A DNA stretch of 62,121 nt, filler included, from Gemmatimonadota bacterium (lineage in GTDB: Bacteria; 4572-55; J002), in NCBI GenBank assembly GCA_003697105.1. It is 5 parts of 5 records of this genome, joined end to end, with 100 filler letters (N's around TTAATTAATTAA, not from the genome) between each part and the next. Parts side by side here need not be neighbours in the genome. Positions count along the whole stretch, not along the records: positions 1 to 29,242 come from RFFQ01000148.1; positions 29,343 to 43,893 come from RFFQ01000149.1; 3 more parts are not named here. The stretch is one strand, 5' to 3'. The translations under genes were made by a program, and so were the position numbers. Of the stretch, positions 20,379-30,593 are shown one piece after another; position 1 is the stretch's first letter, and every line of letters begins with the position of its first letter. The notes beneath the pieces are model-generated. The model was not told the origin of the DNA and searched no databases. It saw only the letters and a program-made list of their open reading frames with translations.

Positions 20379-21428
20379 ATGAATGAGTTACGCAATAAGC
20401 TACTACGCTACCTTCGCCCGCTGATACTCCCTCAAGCGTATCCGGATCGGATGACAACTTTGCAGCACAATTTGCACAATCTCGCCCAATGGAGCATCAC
20501 CTTGGGTCTGGTGATGGCGTGCCTTCTTTTTTTGACAAATCCCCATCCCTCCAAAATATATTTGAGCCTCGGCGGCGCATCATTTTTGCTAATTTTATGG
20601 GGATTGGTCACATCCAACACGGTTATCTCCCGGGTGCTTTCTGCAGTGGATCGCGTCGATCAGGAATTGGATGTCGCTCGCCAGATTCAGTTAAAACTCC
20701 TACCGGCACATATCCCCCAATCCCCATTTTTTGATATTGCGGCATTTTATTACCCCGCACAAGAAGTTGGCGGTGACTTTTTTGACTTTTTACCCCTTAA
20801 CGATCATCAACTTGCTGTGGTTATTGGCGATGTATCCGGCAAGGGAATCTCCGCTGCCCTGCATATGGCGCAAATCCGGGGGATGCTGGGAGTAACGGCT
20901 TCGGTGTACCCGGATCCGAAACATTTTCTGAATGTGATCCACAATGCACTGTGCGCTTCATTGGATAAAAACCGGTTTGTGACACTCTTGTATGGAATTC
21001 TGGATTTTCAAGCGGGAACGTTTTCGTTTATGCGGGCGGGACATGAAGGGTTGATTTACGTCTCCCAATCGGAAGGTACGGTGAAGACATCCGATGTGTT
21101 GCGCCCACCGGGCATGTGCCTCAGTGCCGTCAATCGCGATGTGTTTGATTCCGCGTTAGAGGAATGGTCATTTGAAATCCATGGGGGTGATATGCTGGTT
21201 TTTTATACCGATGGAGTGTCTGAAGCGATGAATCCCCTCAAAGAGGGTTTTGGAGAAGACCGCATTCTGGAAGTCGTGACTCAACATGCCCAACGCTCTG
21301 CCGCCGGAATAGCAAACGCCTTACTCGATGCACTACATGATTTTGTAGGCACAGCGGCTCAGCATGATGATACCACATTAATTGTGATCAAATTTAAAGA
21401 AATGAGTGAGTTAGCCGCCGATAAATAA
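20379..21428 (+). CDS. Membrane SpoIIE/RsbU-type PP2C phosphatase
   Basis: ARQIQ, VGGDFFD, IGDVSGKG, YTDGVSEA, HDDTT; two TM helices. Confidence 0.92.
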   Translation: MNELRNKLLRYLRPLILPQAYPDRMTTLQHNLHNLAQWSITLGLVMACLLFLTNPHPSKIYLSLGGASFLLILWGLVTSNTVISRVLSAVDRVDQELDVARQIQLKLLPAHIPQSPFFDIAAFYYPAQEVGGDFFDFLPLNDHQLAVVIGDVSGKGISAALHMAQIRGMLGVTASVYPDPKHFLNVIHNALCASLDKNRFVTLLYGILDFQAGTFSFMRAGHEGLIYVSQSEGTVKTSDVLRPPGMCLSAVNRDVFDSALEEWSFEIHGGDMLVFYTDGVSEAMNPLKEGFGEDRILEVVTQHAQRSAAGIANALLDALHDFVGTAAQHDDTTLIVIKFKEMSELAADK

Positions 21429-21453
21429 GGTATCAACCGGATTTTAGCTCATT

Positions 21454-22242
21454 CTACCAATCTTGCTCGGGGACGGGTCGCTCTTCGAGGGGCACGCGCC
21501 GTAATTTTTGCTGTGTCGCTTCTTCACTTTCTTGTAACGCCTGTAACAACCGCATTGCATCTTCCTTACTCATGCCTTCCTTTTCATCACCCGCTTGAGC
21601 TTGTTGTTGTTCCTCACCTGTTTCGGATGAGCCCGGTTGCGATTCATTTTGGTGTTGCTCTTGATTTTCACCCGTCTCGGGTTGGGATTGCGCCTGTTGC
21701 TGTTGCTGTTCCCCTTTTTCTTGATCCGTATTTGGCGATGGCTCTTGTTCAGGGTTTTGCTGCTGTTCATCCTGATTCTGCGGGTCTTGTTGATTCTGTG
21801 ATTGGGACTGCTGATTTTCTAGCATCTTTTTCACCACTTCATAATTATATTTGGCATCCATATCGGTCGGGTCATACCGGAGTGCCTGCTTGTACGCCCC
21901 TAATGCCTCAGGGAGCTTGCCCGCTTTGACCAACGCATTCCCCAAGTTATAAAAGCTTTTGGCTTTCAGCGTCGAGTCTGCCAGAGCCGTCGCCGCACTA
22001 TAATATTGCATCGCCGGCTCAAATTGATTCTGTTGGAAGAGAGCGTTCCCCAAATTAAAGTTGACCTCTGGAAGATTCGGGTCTTCTTCTAACATCCGTT
22101 CGTACTGTTCTTGAGCCGCGTCATAATTGCCCGCTTGGTAAGCCTTATTTGCCTGATTATTTCGATATGCCGGTGTGTGGGTAAAACTGGAACAGACCAG
22201 AACAAGCCAAACCGAAACCATAAAAAATGAAAGATACCGCAT
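21454..22242 (-). CDS. batC: BatC-like TPR protein
   Basis: TPRs (FNLGNAL, YNLGNAL), AKYNYE, Q/E-rich linker, MSKEDAMRLLQAL and terminal ..QDW. Confidence 0.7.
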   Translation of the reverse strand: MRYLSFFMVSVWLVLVCSSFTHTPAYRNNQANKAYQAGNYDAAQEQYERMLEEDPNLPEVNFNLGNALFQQNQFEPAMQYYSAATALADSTLKAKSFYNLGNALVKAGKLPEALGAYKQALRYDPTDMDAKYNYEVVKKMLENQQSQSQNQQDPQNQDEQQQNPEQEPSPNTDQEKGEQQQQQAQSQPETGENQEQHQNESQPGSSETGEEQQQAQAGDEKEGMSKEDAMRLLQALQESEEATQQKLRRVPLEERPVPEQDW

Positions 22243-22344
22243 GAGAACCCTCTCATTGTGAAGAGAAAATCAATCTTTTGGAATCCAAAAGATAAAAATC
22301 AGGTAGAATTTTTGTCAACCATTTTTTGCGGGGTCGCCGGGCGG

Positions 22345-22393
22345 TGTATCCAAGCGAAACATACCCAGATACATCATGTAGGGGATGGAAACA
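22345..22393 (+). promoter_or_regulatory. Pair of candidate enhancer (UAS) sites for a sigma-54 activator
   Basis: TGTATCCAAGCGAAACA (22345-22361) and TGTAGGGGATGGAAACA (22377-22393), both TGT-N11-ACA, 32 bp apart. Confidence 0.4.
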
Positions 22394-22461
22394 TAAAAAT
22401 TCAACGCACGGAAAACCTATTTAGCGGGAATGTACAACATAACCCCTTATTTAATAGCACT

Positions 22462-22488
22462 TTAGCACTCTTAAATGCCGAGTGCTAA
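22462..22488 (+). promoter_or_regulatory. CIRCE element (HrcA operator)
   Basis: Perfect TTAGCACTC-N9-GAGTGCTAA upstream of groES. Confidence 0.97.
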
Positions 22489-22492
22489 CATC

Positions 22493-22507
22493 TGGCACAT
22501 GGCTTGC
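22493..22507 (+). promoter_or_regulatory. Sigma-54 (-24/-12) promoter
   Basis: TGGCAC-ATGGC-TTGC with exact GG-N10-GC spacing. Confidence 0.75.
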
Positions 22508-22611
22508 CTATAGCTGCGGGCGTAACATCATTTCGATATCGAATACGTGTTTTTTGTGAATCAAACCCTTTAATATGTTCCACTTTTTTAGATGATCGGA
22601 GGTACTACACA

Positions 22612-22899
22612 ATGGCAGTACGACCTTTAGGTGATCGCATCTTAGTTCAGCGAATCGAAGAAGCTGAAACCGTCAAAGGCGGGATCATCATTCCTGACAC
22701 AGCGAAAGAAAAACCACAACAAGGTAAAGTGGTTGCTGTCGGTAGCGGTAAGGTCAATGAAAAGGGCGAGCGCATGGCGCTGGAAGTCAAAGTTGATGAC
22801 CGCGTGTTGTTTGGTAAATACGCCGGCACAGAAGTCAAAATTGACGGCGAAGAATACCTGATTATGCGTGAAGATGATGTGTTAGGGATTATCGATTAA
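22612..22899 (+). CDS. groES: Co-chaperonin GroES
   Basis: [31 protein letters not shown]. Confidence 0.98.
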   Translation: MAVRPLGDRILVQRIEEAETVKGGIIIPDTAKEKPQQGKVVAVGSGKVNEKGERMALEVKVDDRVLFGKYAGTEVKIDGEEYLIMREDDVLGIID

Positions 22900-22969
22900 A
22901 CCTGCTTCACTTCATGCAACGATAGAAAACGAACCAGAGCATAAAAACATTCTCTATTAAAAACCATAA

Positions 22970-24631
<1,662 letters not shown>

Positions 24632-24662
24632 AAATCAAGCCGCTCATCGGCTATACCAATGG

Positions 24663-24699
24663 ACGGGAGATTCTCTGGAATTGAGAATCTCCCGTTTTT
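24663..24699 (+). terminator. Intrinsic terminator of groESL
   Basis: ACGGGAGATTCTC-N7-GAGAATCTCCCGT-TTTT. Confidence 0.85.
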
Positions 24700-24890
24700 C
24701 ATTGCAAAATACCACCCACCAATATCCAATCCGCAGATAATATACCCCACGAAAACAAACGATAAACTACTAATAATAAAAATATTATGCATATATAAAA
24801 CTGACCTTTATACATTGGTAAGTATTTTGCGCTATGATTCGCAAAATACCCCATACGGGTAAAAGGTAGTTTTGGTAAAGGGGGAATGCA

Positions 24891-25973
24891 ATGAGCCACT
24901 CAATGGAACAACTTCGATTACACGCCCGTAACGTACTCATGGAAGTCGTACGGGTTTATTATGAAGACTTTGCCTATGGTGTCGTTACCAATCGTTGGAA
25001 CGCAGAAGTTCGGGAGGCCATTCGGCAAGGGCGATTACTCTTTTTGCAAGATGTCAAACCCGAACATCGTTCAGAAGCAGAAGCGGTGTACGATCATGTC
25101 CTCGAGCAGATCGTGGCAGAATATGTTGCGAACCCTGACCTGATCTACATTGATGCCGAATCCCGTTTGAGTGAATTGGAAAACCCCCCAGAATTTGATA
25201 ACGAAACCTTGCAGAAAGAAAAAGATGAAGCCCGCCGTCTGGCCGATCTGCTGGTTCAAGACCTAGAAATGTTTAAAGGTACTATCGAAAAAGGGATTCA
25301 GGAAGGGAACTTACAGCAACAGATGGGGAAACGCTTTGTGAGTTTGCACAGCTATTACCTCAGCCGGGTGAATGCCGCCCTTGTGAACAAAGAACACTAC
25401 TTTGAACAGGCACTTGCCCGGTTAGTGCGTAAAATTGCAGATCAAATCGGAGTAGACCCGCAATCCGATGACTATTTGCAAAGGATTATAGCGGGTGATT
25501 TAACAGGCTCCGAAGCCGCGAGTATCGCCCTCGAAGCAGATAAATTAAGCAGGGATATTTCTGACCCTTACCAGCAGGTGATCGAACAAATCGACCCCGA
25601 AGCCGATCCGCAAATGTTATATGATATTGCTCTGGCATACATGGACTTACGAGAGTATGATCTGGCATTACGAATTTTTGAACTTTACAACAAACGAGAT
25701 GCTTATCGAAAGCTCCGTAGTAGCGAACCCATAGCGTACTGTTATGCCCATCAAGGAGATATTTTGCGGGCAATTAATTACTTAACGGATGTGATGTCGC
25801 TGGGTTTCGGTGATGATGATTATCTAGGAGTATATTACTTACTAGGCTATTTTTACGAGCGAATTGGCAAAATTAATGATGCGATCGCTGCATATTACCA
25901 TGTGTACCGCTTAGTACCAGCTTTTCGGGATGTGCCGGTTCGGTTAGAACGGTTGGGTGAGTCGTTAACATAG
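24891..25973 (+). CDS. Hypothetical helical protein with C-terminal TPRs
   Basis: 360-aa ORF with RBS. TPR-like YDIALAYMDL and YYLLGYFYERIG. Confidence 0.7.
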   Translation: MSHSMEQLRLHARNVLMEVVRVYYEDFAYGVVTNRWNAEVREAIRQGRLLFLQDVKPEHRSEAEAVYDHVLEQIVAEYVANPDLIYIDAESRLSELENPPEFDNETLQKEKDEARRLADLLVQDLEMFKGTIEKGIQEGNLQQQMGKRFVSLHSYYLSRVNAALVNKEHYFEQALARLVRKIADQIGVDPQSDDYLQRIIAGDLTGSEAASIALEADKLSRDISDPYQQVIEQIDPEADPQMLYDIALAYMDLREYDLALRIFELYNKRDAYRKLRSSEPIAYCYAHQGDILRAINYLTDVMSLGFGDDDYLGVYYLLGYFYERIGKINDAIAAYYHVYRLVPAFRDVPVRLERLGESLT

Positions 25974-25998
25974 CATATTGCCAGACCTCTACCAAATT

Positions 25999-26041
25999 AA
26001 AAACCCGTAGCCCAAAATCAAATGGCTACGGGTTATTTTTT
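25999..26041. terminator. Bidirectional terminator between the TPR gene and the tRNA
   Basis: AACCCGTAGCC / GGCTACGGGTT flanked by A and T runs. Confidence 0.75.
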
Positions 26042-26048
26042 GGCTTCA

Positions 26049-26124
26049 TGGAGCGAGCGACGGGATTCGAACCCGCGACCCTCAGCTTGGGAAGCTGATG
26101 CTCTACCAACTGAGCTACGCTCGC
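26049..26124 (-). tRNA. tRNA-Gly (CCC)
   Basis: GCGAGCGTAGCTCAGTTGGTAGAGCATCAGCTTCCCAAGCTGAGGGTCGCGGGTTCGAATCCCGTCGCTCGCTCCA; cloverleaf, anticodon CCC, encoded CCA. Confidence 0.98.
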
Positions 26125-26142
26125 TTATTTATCTGGAGGCGT

Positions 26143-26171
26143 ACGATAGCAAATTTCGGAAAATATGTCAA
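26143..26171 (-). promoter_or_regulatory. Sigma-70-type promoter of tRNA-Gly
   Basis: Minus strand TTGACA-N17-TATCGT with extended -10 TG. Confidence 0.6.
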
Positions 26172-26177
26172 GCCCAA

Positions 26178-26720
26178 TTAATACTGGCTGACCAACTTGA
26201 TGTACGAAAATGCAATCCCGCCATAGAGTAAAATACCGGCAAACAGAAAAATAAATAAACCACTGAGCGGAAATTTGGAAAACTTGATGGCAATATTCTG
26301 CGAGGTGGAAATCTCCCCATACGTTGCCTTGACCGTCGCAATACCGGCATCTATGGGTGTCCAGGTAAGGCGTCCTAAAGTGTCTGTGGTGCCGGCATCT
26401 TCTAACTTGGGGACACTGCTATTCGGTCGATACTCAACAGATACCACTGCCCCCGAAACCGGTTGACCATTGTTGTCCGTAATGATGAGAGTCACCGGCT
26501 GGTCTTGCTGAGGGTACGTGGCAGATAACTTCAATGAAAGCCCGATGACTTCGGACATTGATGCCTCTTCTGCGGGCGCGGACACTACCGCCATGACGGA
26601 ATCTACGCTAACAGAATCCATAATTGCCATGCTATCCGCTTCCATTTCAGCCTCTTGAGCAAAAATAGGGGCGAACGTCAGCCCACCCAAAAAGATCAAC
26701 AGCATCATCACTCGTGCCAT
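26178..26720 (-). CDS. Exported Ig-like protein with C-terminal membrane anchor
   Basis: Signal peptide, GQPVSGAVVSV..GTTDTLG beta-sandwich pattern, C-terminal TM. TAATG overlap with the transporter gene. Confidence 0.65.
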   Translation of the reverse strand: MARVMMLLIFLGGLTFAPIFAQEAEMEADSMAIMDSVSVDSVMAVVSAPAEEASMSEVIGLSLKLSATYPQQDQPVTLIITDNNGQPVSGAVVSVEYRPNSSVPKLEDAGTTDTLGRLTWTPIDAGIATVKATYGEISTSQNIAIKFSKFPLSGLFIFLFAGILLYGGIAFSYIKLVSQY

Positions 26721-28261
26721 TATGTTGCCTCCTTTCCAGCTTTCAGGGATGTGAGAACCGCTGCCCCCACAATTGGTATAATCAACCAACCCAAAAAGAC
26801 CAGCACATGCAGAATGTTCGCTACGGCAAGATTTTCCACCACAAAATCATGTCCATAAAGCCCGTTTTGATATTCACCCCAGATGCTAAAGCCCAACACA
26901 AACAAAATAATCCCCGGAATCACCAGTTTGATTAACCAATTGAACGTCCAATGAATTTGAATCGGAGAATTGGCGTTCAGGTGCTCTCGGATGTTTTCCG
27001 CCCCAAAGACCCAGCCAATTAGCACACATTCAATCAGACCCATAATCATTAACCCGTAAGAAAATGCCCAGTGATCCGTCAGGTCGAGCAGTGTTAAACC
27101 TAAGGTGCCATCGCTATTCAACCCACTATCAACCACCATTGGTAGCGCAAACAAAATACTGCCCAAGCTACCGAGAATCACTGCCGGAATCAACACCTGG
27201 CGCCGCGGGACATTAAATTTATCAATGACGGCGGAGATCAACGCTTCAACCAGTGAGATACTGGAAGTCAAACCGGCAATAAACAGCAAAAAGAAAAACA
27301 TTAAACCAAAAATGATCATGCTGATACCGGGAAATTCGGCAATACCTTGCGGCACCACAAAGAACATCATGCTCAGGGTACTGGCTTTGGGGACAATCGC
27401 AAAGGTGAAGAGTAACGAGAAAATTGCTAACCCTGCGATAAACTCAAATCCGCAATTCATGAAAGCGATCATCAAGCCGTTACCCGTCTGGTCAGATTTT
27501 TCGGGCAGATAACTGGCGTACGTCGCCATAATCCCAAACCCCAATGAGAGCGTAAAAAACATTTGGCTAAATGCCCCTTGCCAGACCTCAATATTTTTGA
27601 TGACATCAAAATGAGGTGTAAATAAAAGATAAATACCTTCAATACCGTTGGGCAAAGTGACGCCACGGATAATGAGAATGATCATGAAAAGCCACATCAA
27701 TGGTACGGAAACTTTTACGACACGCTCAATCGTACGTGTACCACCGGAAATGGAAATAATATTGGCAATCCAGACAATCACCACAAACAAAACGGTCTTC
27801 CAACTGGCGAGCATATTAAAGAAGTAGGCGTAAGGATTCGGTAAGTCGCCTTCACTAAATCCAAAGGCGGGTACCGCCACACTTGCCTTCCACAACTCGC
27901 CAAATGAGCCGATGAACATCCCCAACACCCATCCGAGAATCGTAATGTAATACATTGTAATAAATCCAGCATTGATCAACGCCCACCAGCCGGTAAACTC
28001 GCCTCTTTTACCGGCGATTCTGCCCAATGCTTCTGGGAACGCCGCTTTTTGGCTGTGACCTAAGCCGAGTTCAAGGATCATCACCGGAATACCAATGACC
28101 ATCAAAGCAATAAGATACGGCAGATAAAATGCTCCGGCGCCATATTTGTAGGCGTTTGCACTAAAAAAAACGATGTTTCCTAAGCCGATTGCCGACCCGG
28201 ATGCCGCGAGAATAAAACCTAACTTCGATTTCCATTGCCCGCGCTCCACTCCGTTTGCCAT
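26720..28261 (-). CDS. Sodium-dependent transporter, NSS/SNF family
   Basis: RGQWKSKLGFILAASGSAIGLGN, QMFFTLSLGFG, AGLTSSISLVE; AAGGAGG RBS. Confidence 0.93.
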   Translation of the reverse strand: MANGVERGQWKSKLGFILAASGSAIGLGNIVFFSANAYKYGAGAFYLPYLIALMVIGIPVMILELGLGHSQKAAFPEALGRIAGKRGEFTGWWALINAGFITMYYITILGWVLGMFIGSFGELWKASVAVPAFGFSEGDLPNPYAYFFNMLASWKTVLFVVIVWIANIISISGGTRTIERVVKVSVPLMWLFMIILIIRGVTLPNGIEGIYLLFTPHFDVIKNIEVWQGAFSQMFFTLSLGFGIMATYASYLPEKSDQTGNGLMIAFMNCGFEFIAGLAIFSLLFTFAIVPKASTLSMMFFVVPQGIAEFPGISMIIFGLMFFFLLFIAGLTSSISLVEALISAVIDKFNVPRRQVLIPAVILGSLGSILFALPMVVDSGLNSDGTLGLTLLDLTDHWAFSYGLMIMGLIECVLIGWVFGAENIREHLNANSPIQIHWTFNWLIKLVIPGIILFVLGFSIWGEYQNGLYGHDFVVENLAVANILHVLVFLGWLIIPIVGAAVLTSLKAGKEAT

Positions 28262-28356
28262 ACATGACCTCCTTACTTCTGGCAGATTAAAGATGTGATA
28301 AATGAGCAATCAAACCATCTGGTGTAGGGTATCATAAAAGCAGGAAATTCGTCAAC

Positions 28357-28397
28357 AAAAAAAGAAGGTGACCGGAAAAAAGATCGGGTCACCTTCT
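28357..28397 (-). terminator. Intrinsic terminator after the hydrolase gene
   Basis: AGAAGGTGACC / GGTCACCTTCT with minus-strand T-run. Confidence 0.75.
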
Positions 28398-28426
28398 GCC
28401 TAACAACTAACAGCCAAAGCAACTAC

Positions 28427-29110
28427 TTAAAATTCATACACCTCGCCGGGTGCCATTACTTTACCCTTCATGCCTTTGGCTTCCAACTGGCGGACGAACA
28501 CCTGCGGGTCGCACTCAATCGGCGGAAATGTATTATAATGCATCGGAATATACAGCCCCGCACCGATCCATTCCGCTGCAATAACGGCATCATCAATCCC
28601 CATTGTAAAATTATCTCCAATCGGAATCAAGCACACATCAATCTTGTGGAACGCACCAATCACAAATTTCAGGTCGCTAAATAAACCCGTATCCCCCATG
28701 TGATAAACCGTTTTACCACCGGTGGTAACCAACATACCGGTGGGCAAACCACCACCAGAACCATCCGGTAGCTCCGAACCATGCAATGCCGGCGTCAACT
28801 TGACTTTACCAAACGGGAACTCACGTGCCCCACCAATGTGCATCTGCCAGACGTTTTTTGCCCCATTCCGAAGGCAGTAATTGCCAACTTCAAATTGTGT
28901 GATAATGGTCGCGTTATTGGCTTTCGCGATCTGCACCGCATCCCCCACATGGTCACCATGACCATGGGTTAACAACACGTAATCCGCCTGTACCTCTTCT
29001 GCAGTGATTTTCGCCAGTGGATTCCCTGTTAGAAACGGATCAAAAATCAAGGTGGTATCACCACTTTCCACTAAAAAGGCGGAATGTCCCTGATAGGTTA
29101 ATGTAGGCAT
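28427..29110 (-). CDS. Metallo-beta-lactamase-fold hydrolase (UPF0173)
   Basis: GHSAF, DPFLTGNP, THGHGDH, YHMGDT, IPMHYNTF. Confidence 0.92.
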   Translation of the reverse strand: MPTLTYQGHSAFLVESGDTTLIFDPFLTGNPLAKITAEEVQADYVLLTHGHGDHVGDAVQIAKANNATIITQFEVGNYCLRNGAKNVWQMHIGGAREFPFGKVKLTPALHGSELPDGSGGGLPTGMLVTTGGKTVYHMGDTGLFSDLKFVIGAFHKIDVCLIPIGDNFTMGIDDAVIAAEWIGAGLYIPMHYNTFPPIECDPQVFVRQLEAKGMKGKVMAPGEVYEF

Positions 29111-29165
29111 AAGTCCCTCCTTACCATAAACGTAAAATGAAGTGCTGAAGTCTCCGCAGAAGTCT

Positions 29166-29242
29166 TCAGCCTAGCTTTATGTATTCCATAATATCAGCCC
29201 ATTCGTCTGGGCTGATGCCCTGTTCTTTGATAAATCGCTCGA
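29166..29242 (-). CDS. 3' end of an unknown gene cut by the contig edge
   Basis: Open frame ERFIKEQGISPDEWADIMEYIKLG* running from the gap. Confidence 0.4.
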
Positions 29243-29342
29243 NNNNNNNNNNNNNNNNNNNNNNNNNNNNNNNNNNNNNNNNNNNNTTAATTAATTAANN
29301 NNNNNNNNNNNNNNNNNNNNNNNNNNNNNNNNNNNNNNNNNN
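29243..29342. other. Artificial contig-joining spacer
   Basis: N run with central TTAATTAATTAA (stops in six frames); same 100-nt spacer at all four gaps. Confidence 0.97.
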
Positions 29343-29372
29343 TGAAATCAGTTTGTTTCGATACGGGCTTGA

Positions 29373-29453
29373 TGAATTACAATCAATCATTGCCTATATA
29401 CATCTGAAACCCATTGAATTCAAAAGAGTTATTACACTTTTAACATGTACTTA
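29373..29453 (+). repeat. 81-bp dispersed repeat, copy 1 (possible IS/MITE end)
   Basis: 78/81 identical to the reverse complement of 62041-62121; lies at a contig edge. Confidence 0.85.
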
Positions 29454-29473
29454 GAATATGGATACCCGGTATC

Positions 29474-30574
29474 ATGAAACGTAAAGACCCGATTAAAGTC
29501 GTGCTGGTGGATGATTCACCGATAGCACTGGCGATTTTGAAGCGCATTCTTTCCACCGATGAGGAAATCGAAATTGTGGGTACGGCGATGAACGGTAAAG
29601 ATGCGCTGGATGTTATCCGATCCACGTTGCCGGATGTGATTTGCACCGACCTCCACATGCCCCGCATGAATGGCTTGGAATTAACACGGATCATCATGGC
29701 GGAATTACCCCGCCCCATTTTGGTGATCAGCAGTGCGGTGCAAGCTGAAGACAAACAAAATGTGTTTCAATTGCTGGAAGCCGGGGCGGTGGATGTGTTC
29801 CCCAAACCGCGTGGGGGCTTAGGCTTACGTTCAGATTATGATGCTCTCTCGGAACAACTCATTCAGAAAATTAAAACAGCCTACACGTTGCAACAGTCCC
29901 AACCTGCTGCCGCTAAACCTGCTGCCGCTAAACCTGCTGCCGCTAAACCCACGCCGCTGACACATCCGGCCTCTGATGATACGCGTTGGACGGATATCAT
30001 CACCGGAGTCCGGGTGGTAGCTATCGGGGCTTCCACGGGTGGTCCCCAAGCCGTAAAAACCATTTTAACCCAACTTCCATTTAATTTTCCGGCGCCCATT
30101 ATCTGTGTGTTACACTTAACCGAAGGCTTTTTAGGTGGCTTGGTGGATTGGTTGGCAGCCCGCTGTAAATTAAAAGTGCGGATTGCCCAAGGCGGCGAAT
30201 CCCCCATGCCCCGCACGGTTTATTTTCCGCCGGAAGGCAAACATCTGGAAGTAGATAATGCCGGACGCTTTGTGGTTTCATCGGCGCCGCCTCATAAAGG
30301 GCATCGACCCTCCATTACGGTAACCTTTAATTCCATTGCTCACCACTACGGCGCGGATGCTGTCGGTATTATTCTGACCGGTATTGGGAGTGATGGTGTG
30401 GAGGGCATGAAATCGATCCACCGCTCGGAAGGCATTACGATTGTTCAGGACGAAGCGAGTAGTATGGCATCGTTGCTACCCAAACAGGTTATTGAACTGG
30501 GGATTGTCTCGCATGTCGTACCTCTTGACAACATGGTATCTACCTTAATGGCGGTACTCGCCTATCATCAATAG
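29474..30574 (+). CDS. cheB: Chemotaxis response regulator protein-glutamate methylesterase
   Basis: REC (VDDS, TDLHMP) plus GASTGGP, catalytic His, RPSI, LTGIGSDG. Confidence 0.93.
   Translation: MKRKDPIKVVLVDDSPIALAILKRILSTDEEIEIVGTAMNGKDALDVIRSTLPDVICTDLHMPRMNGLELTRIIMAELPRPILVISSAVQAEDKQNVFQLLEAGAVDVFPKPRGGLGLRSDYDALSEQLIQKIKTAYTLQQSQPAAAKPAAAKPAAAKPTPLTHPASDDTRWTDIITGVRVVAIGASTGGPQAVKTILTQLPFNFPAPIICVLHLTEGFLGGLVDWLAARCKLKVRIAQGGESPMPRTVYFPPEGKHLEVDNAGRFVVSSAPPHKGHRPSITVTFNSIAHHYGADAVGIILTGIGSDGVEGMKSIHRSEGITIVQDEASSMASLLPKQVIELGIVSHVVPLDNMVSTLMAVLAYHQ
29903..29947 (+). repeat. 15-bp tandem repeat x3 encoding (PAAAK)3 in the CheB linker
   Basis: CCTGCTGCCGCTAAA, three perfect copies. 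Confidence 0.9.
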
Positions 30575-30593
30575 CGCATTGGGAGAGATCATC

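Noticed and set aside
26049-26124. tRNA-Gly as an integration site of an island
   Set aside because: No integrase and no duplicated tRNA 3' end seen in the window
29144-29216. Two hairpins at the end of contig 1 as an ncRNA
   Set aside because: They largely overlap the 3' end of a truncated coding frame, with no family resemblance
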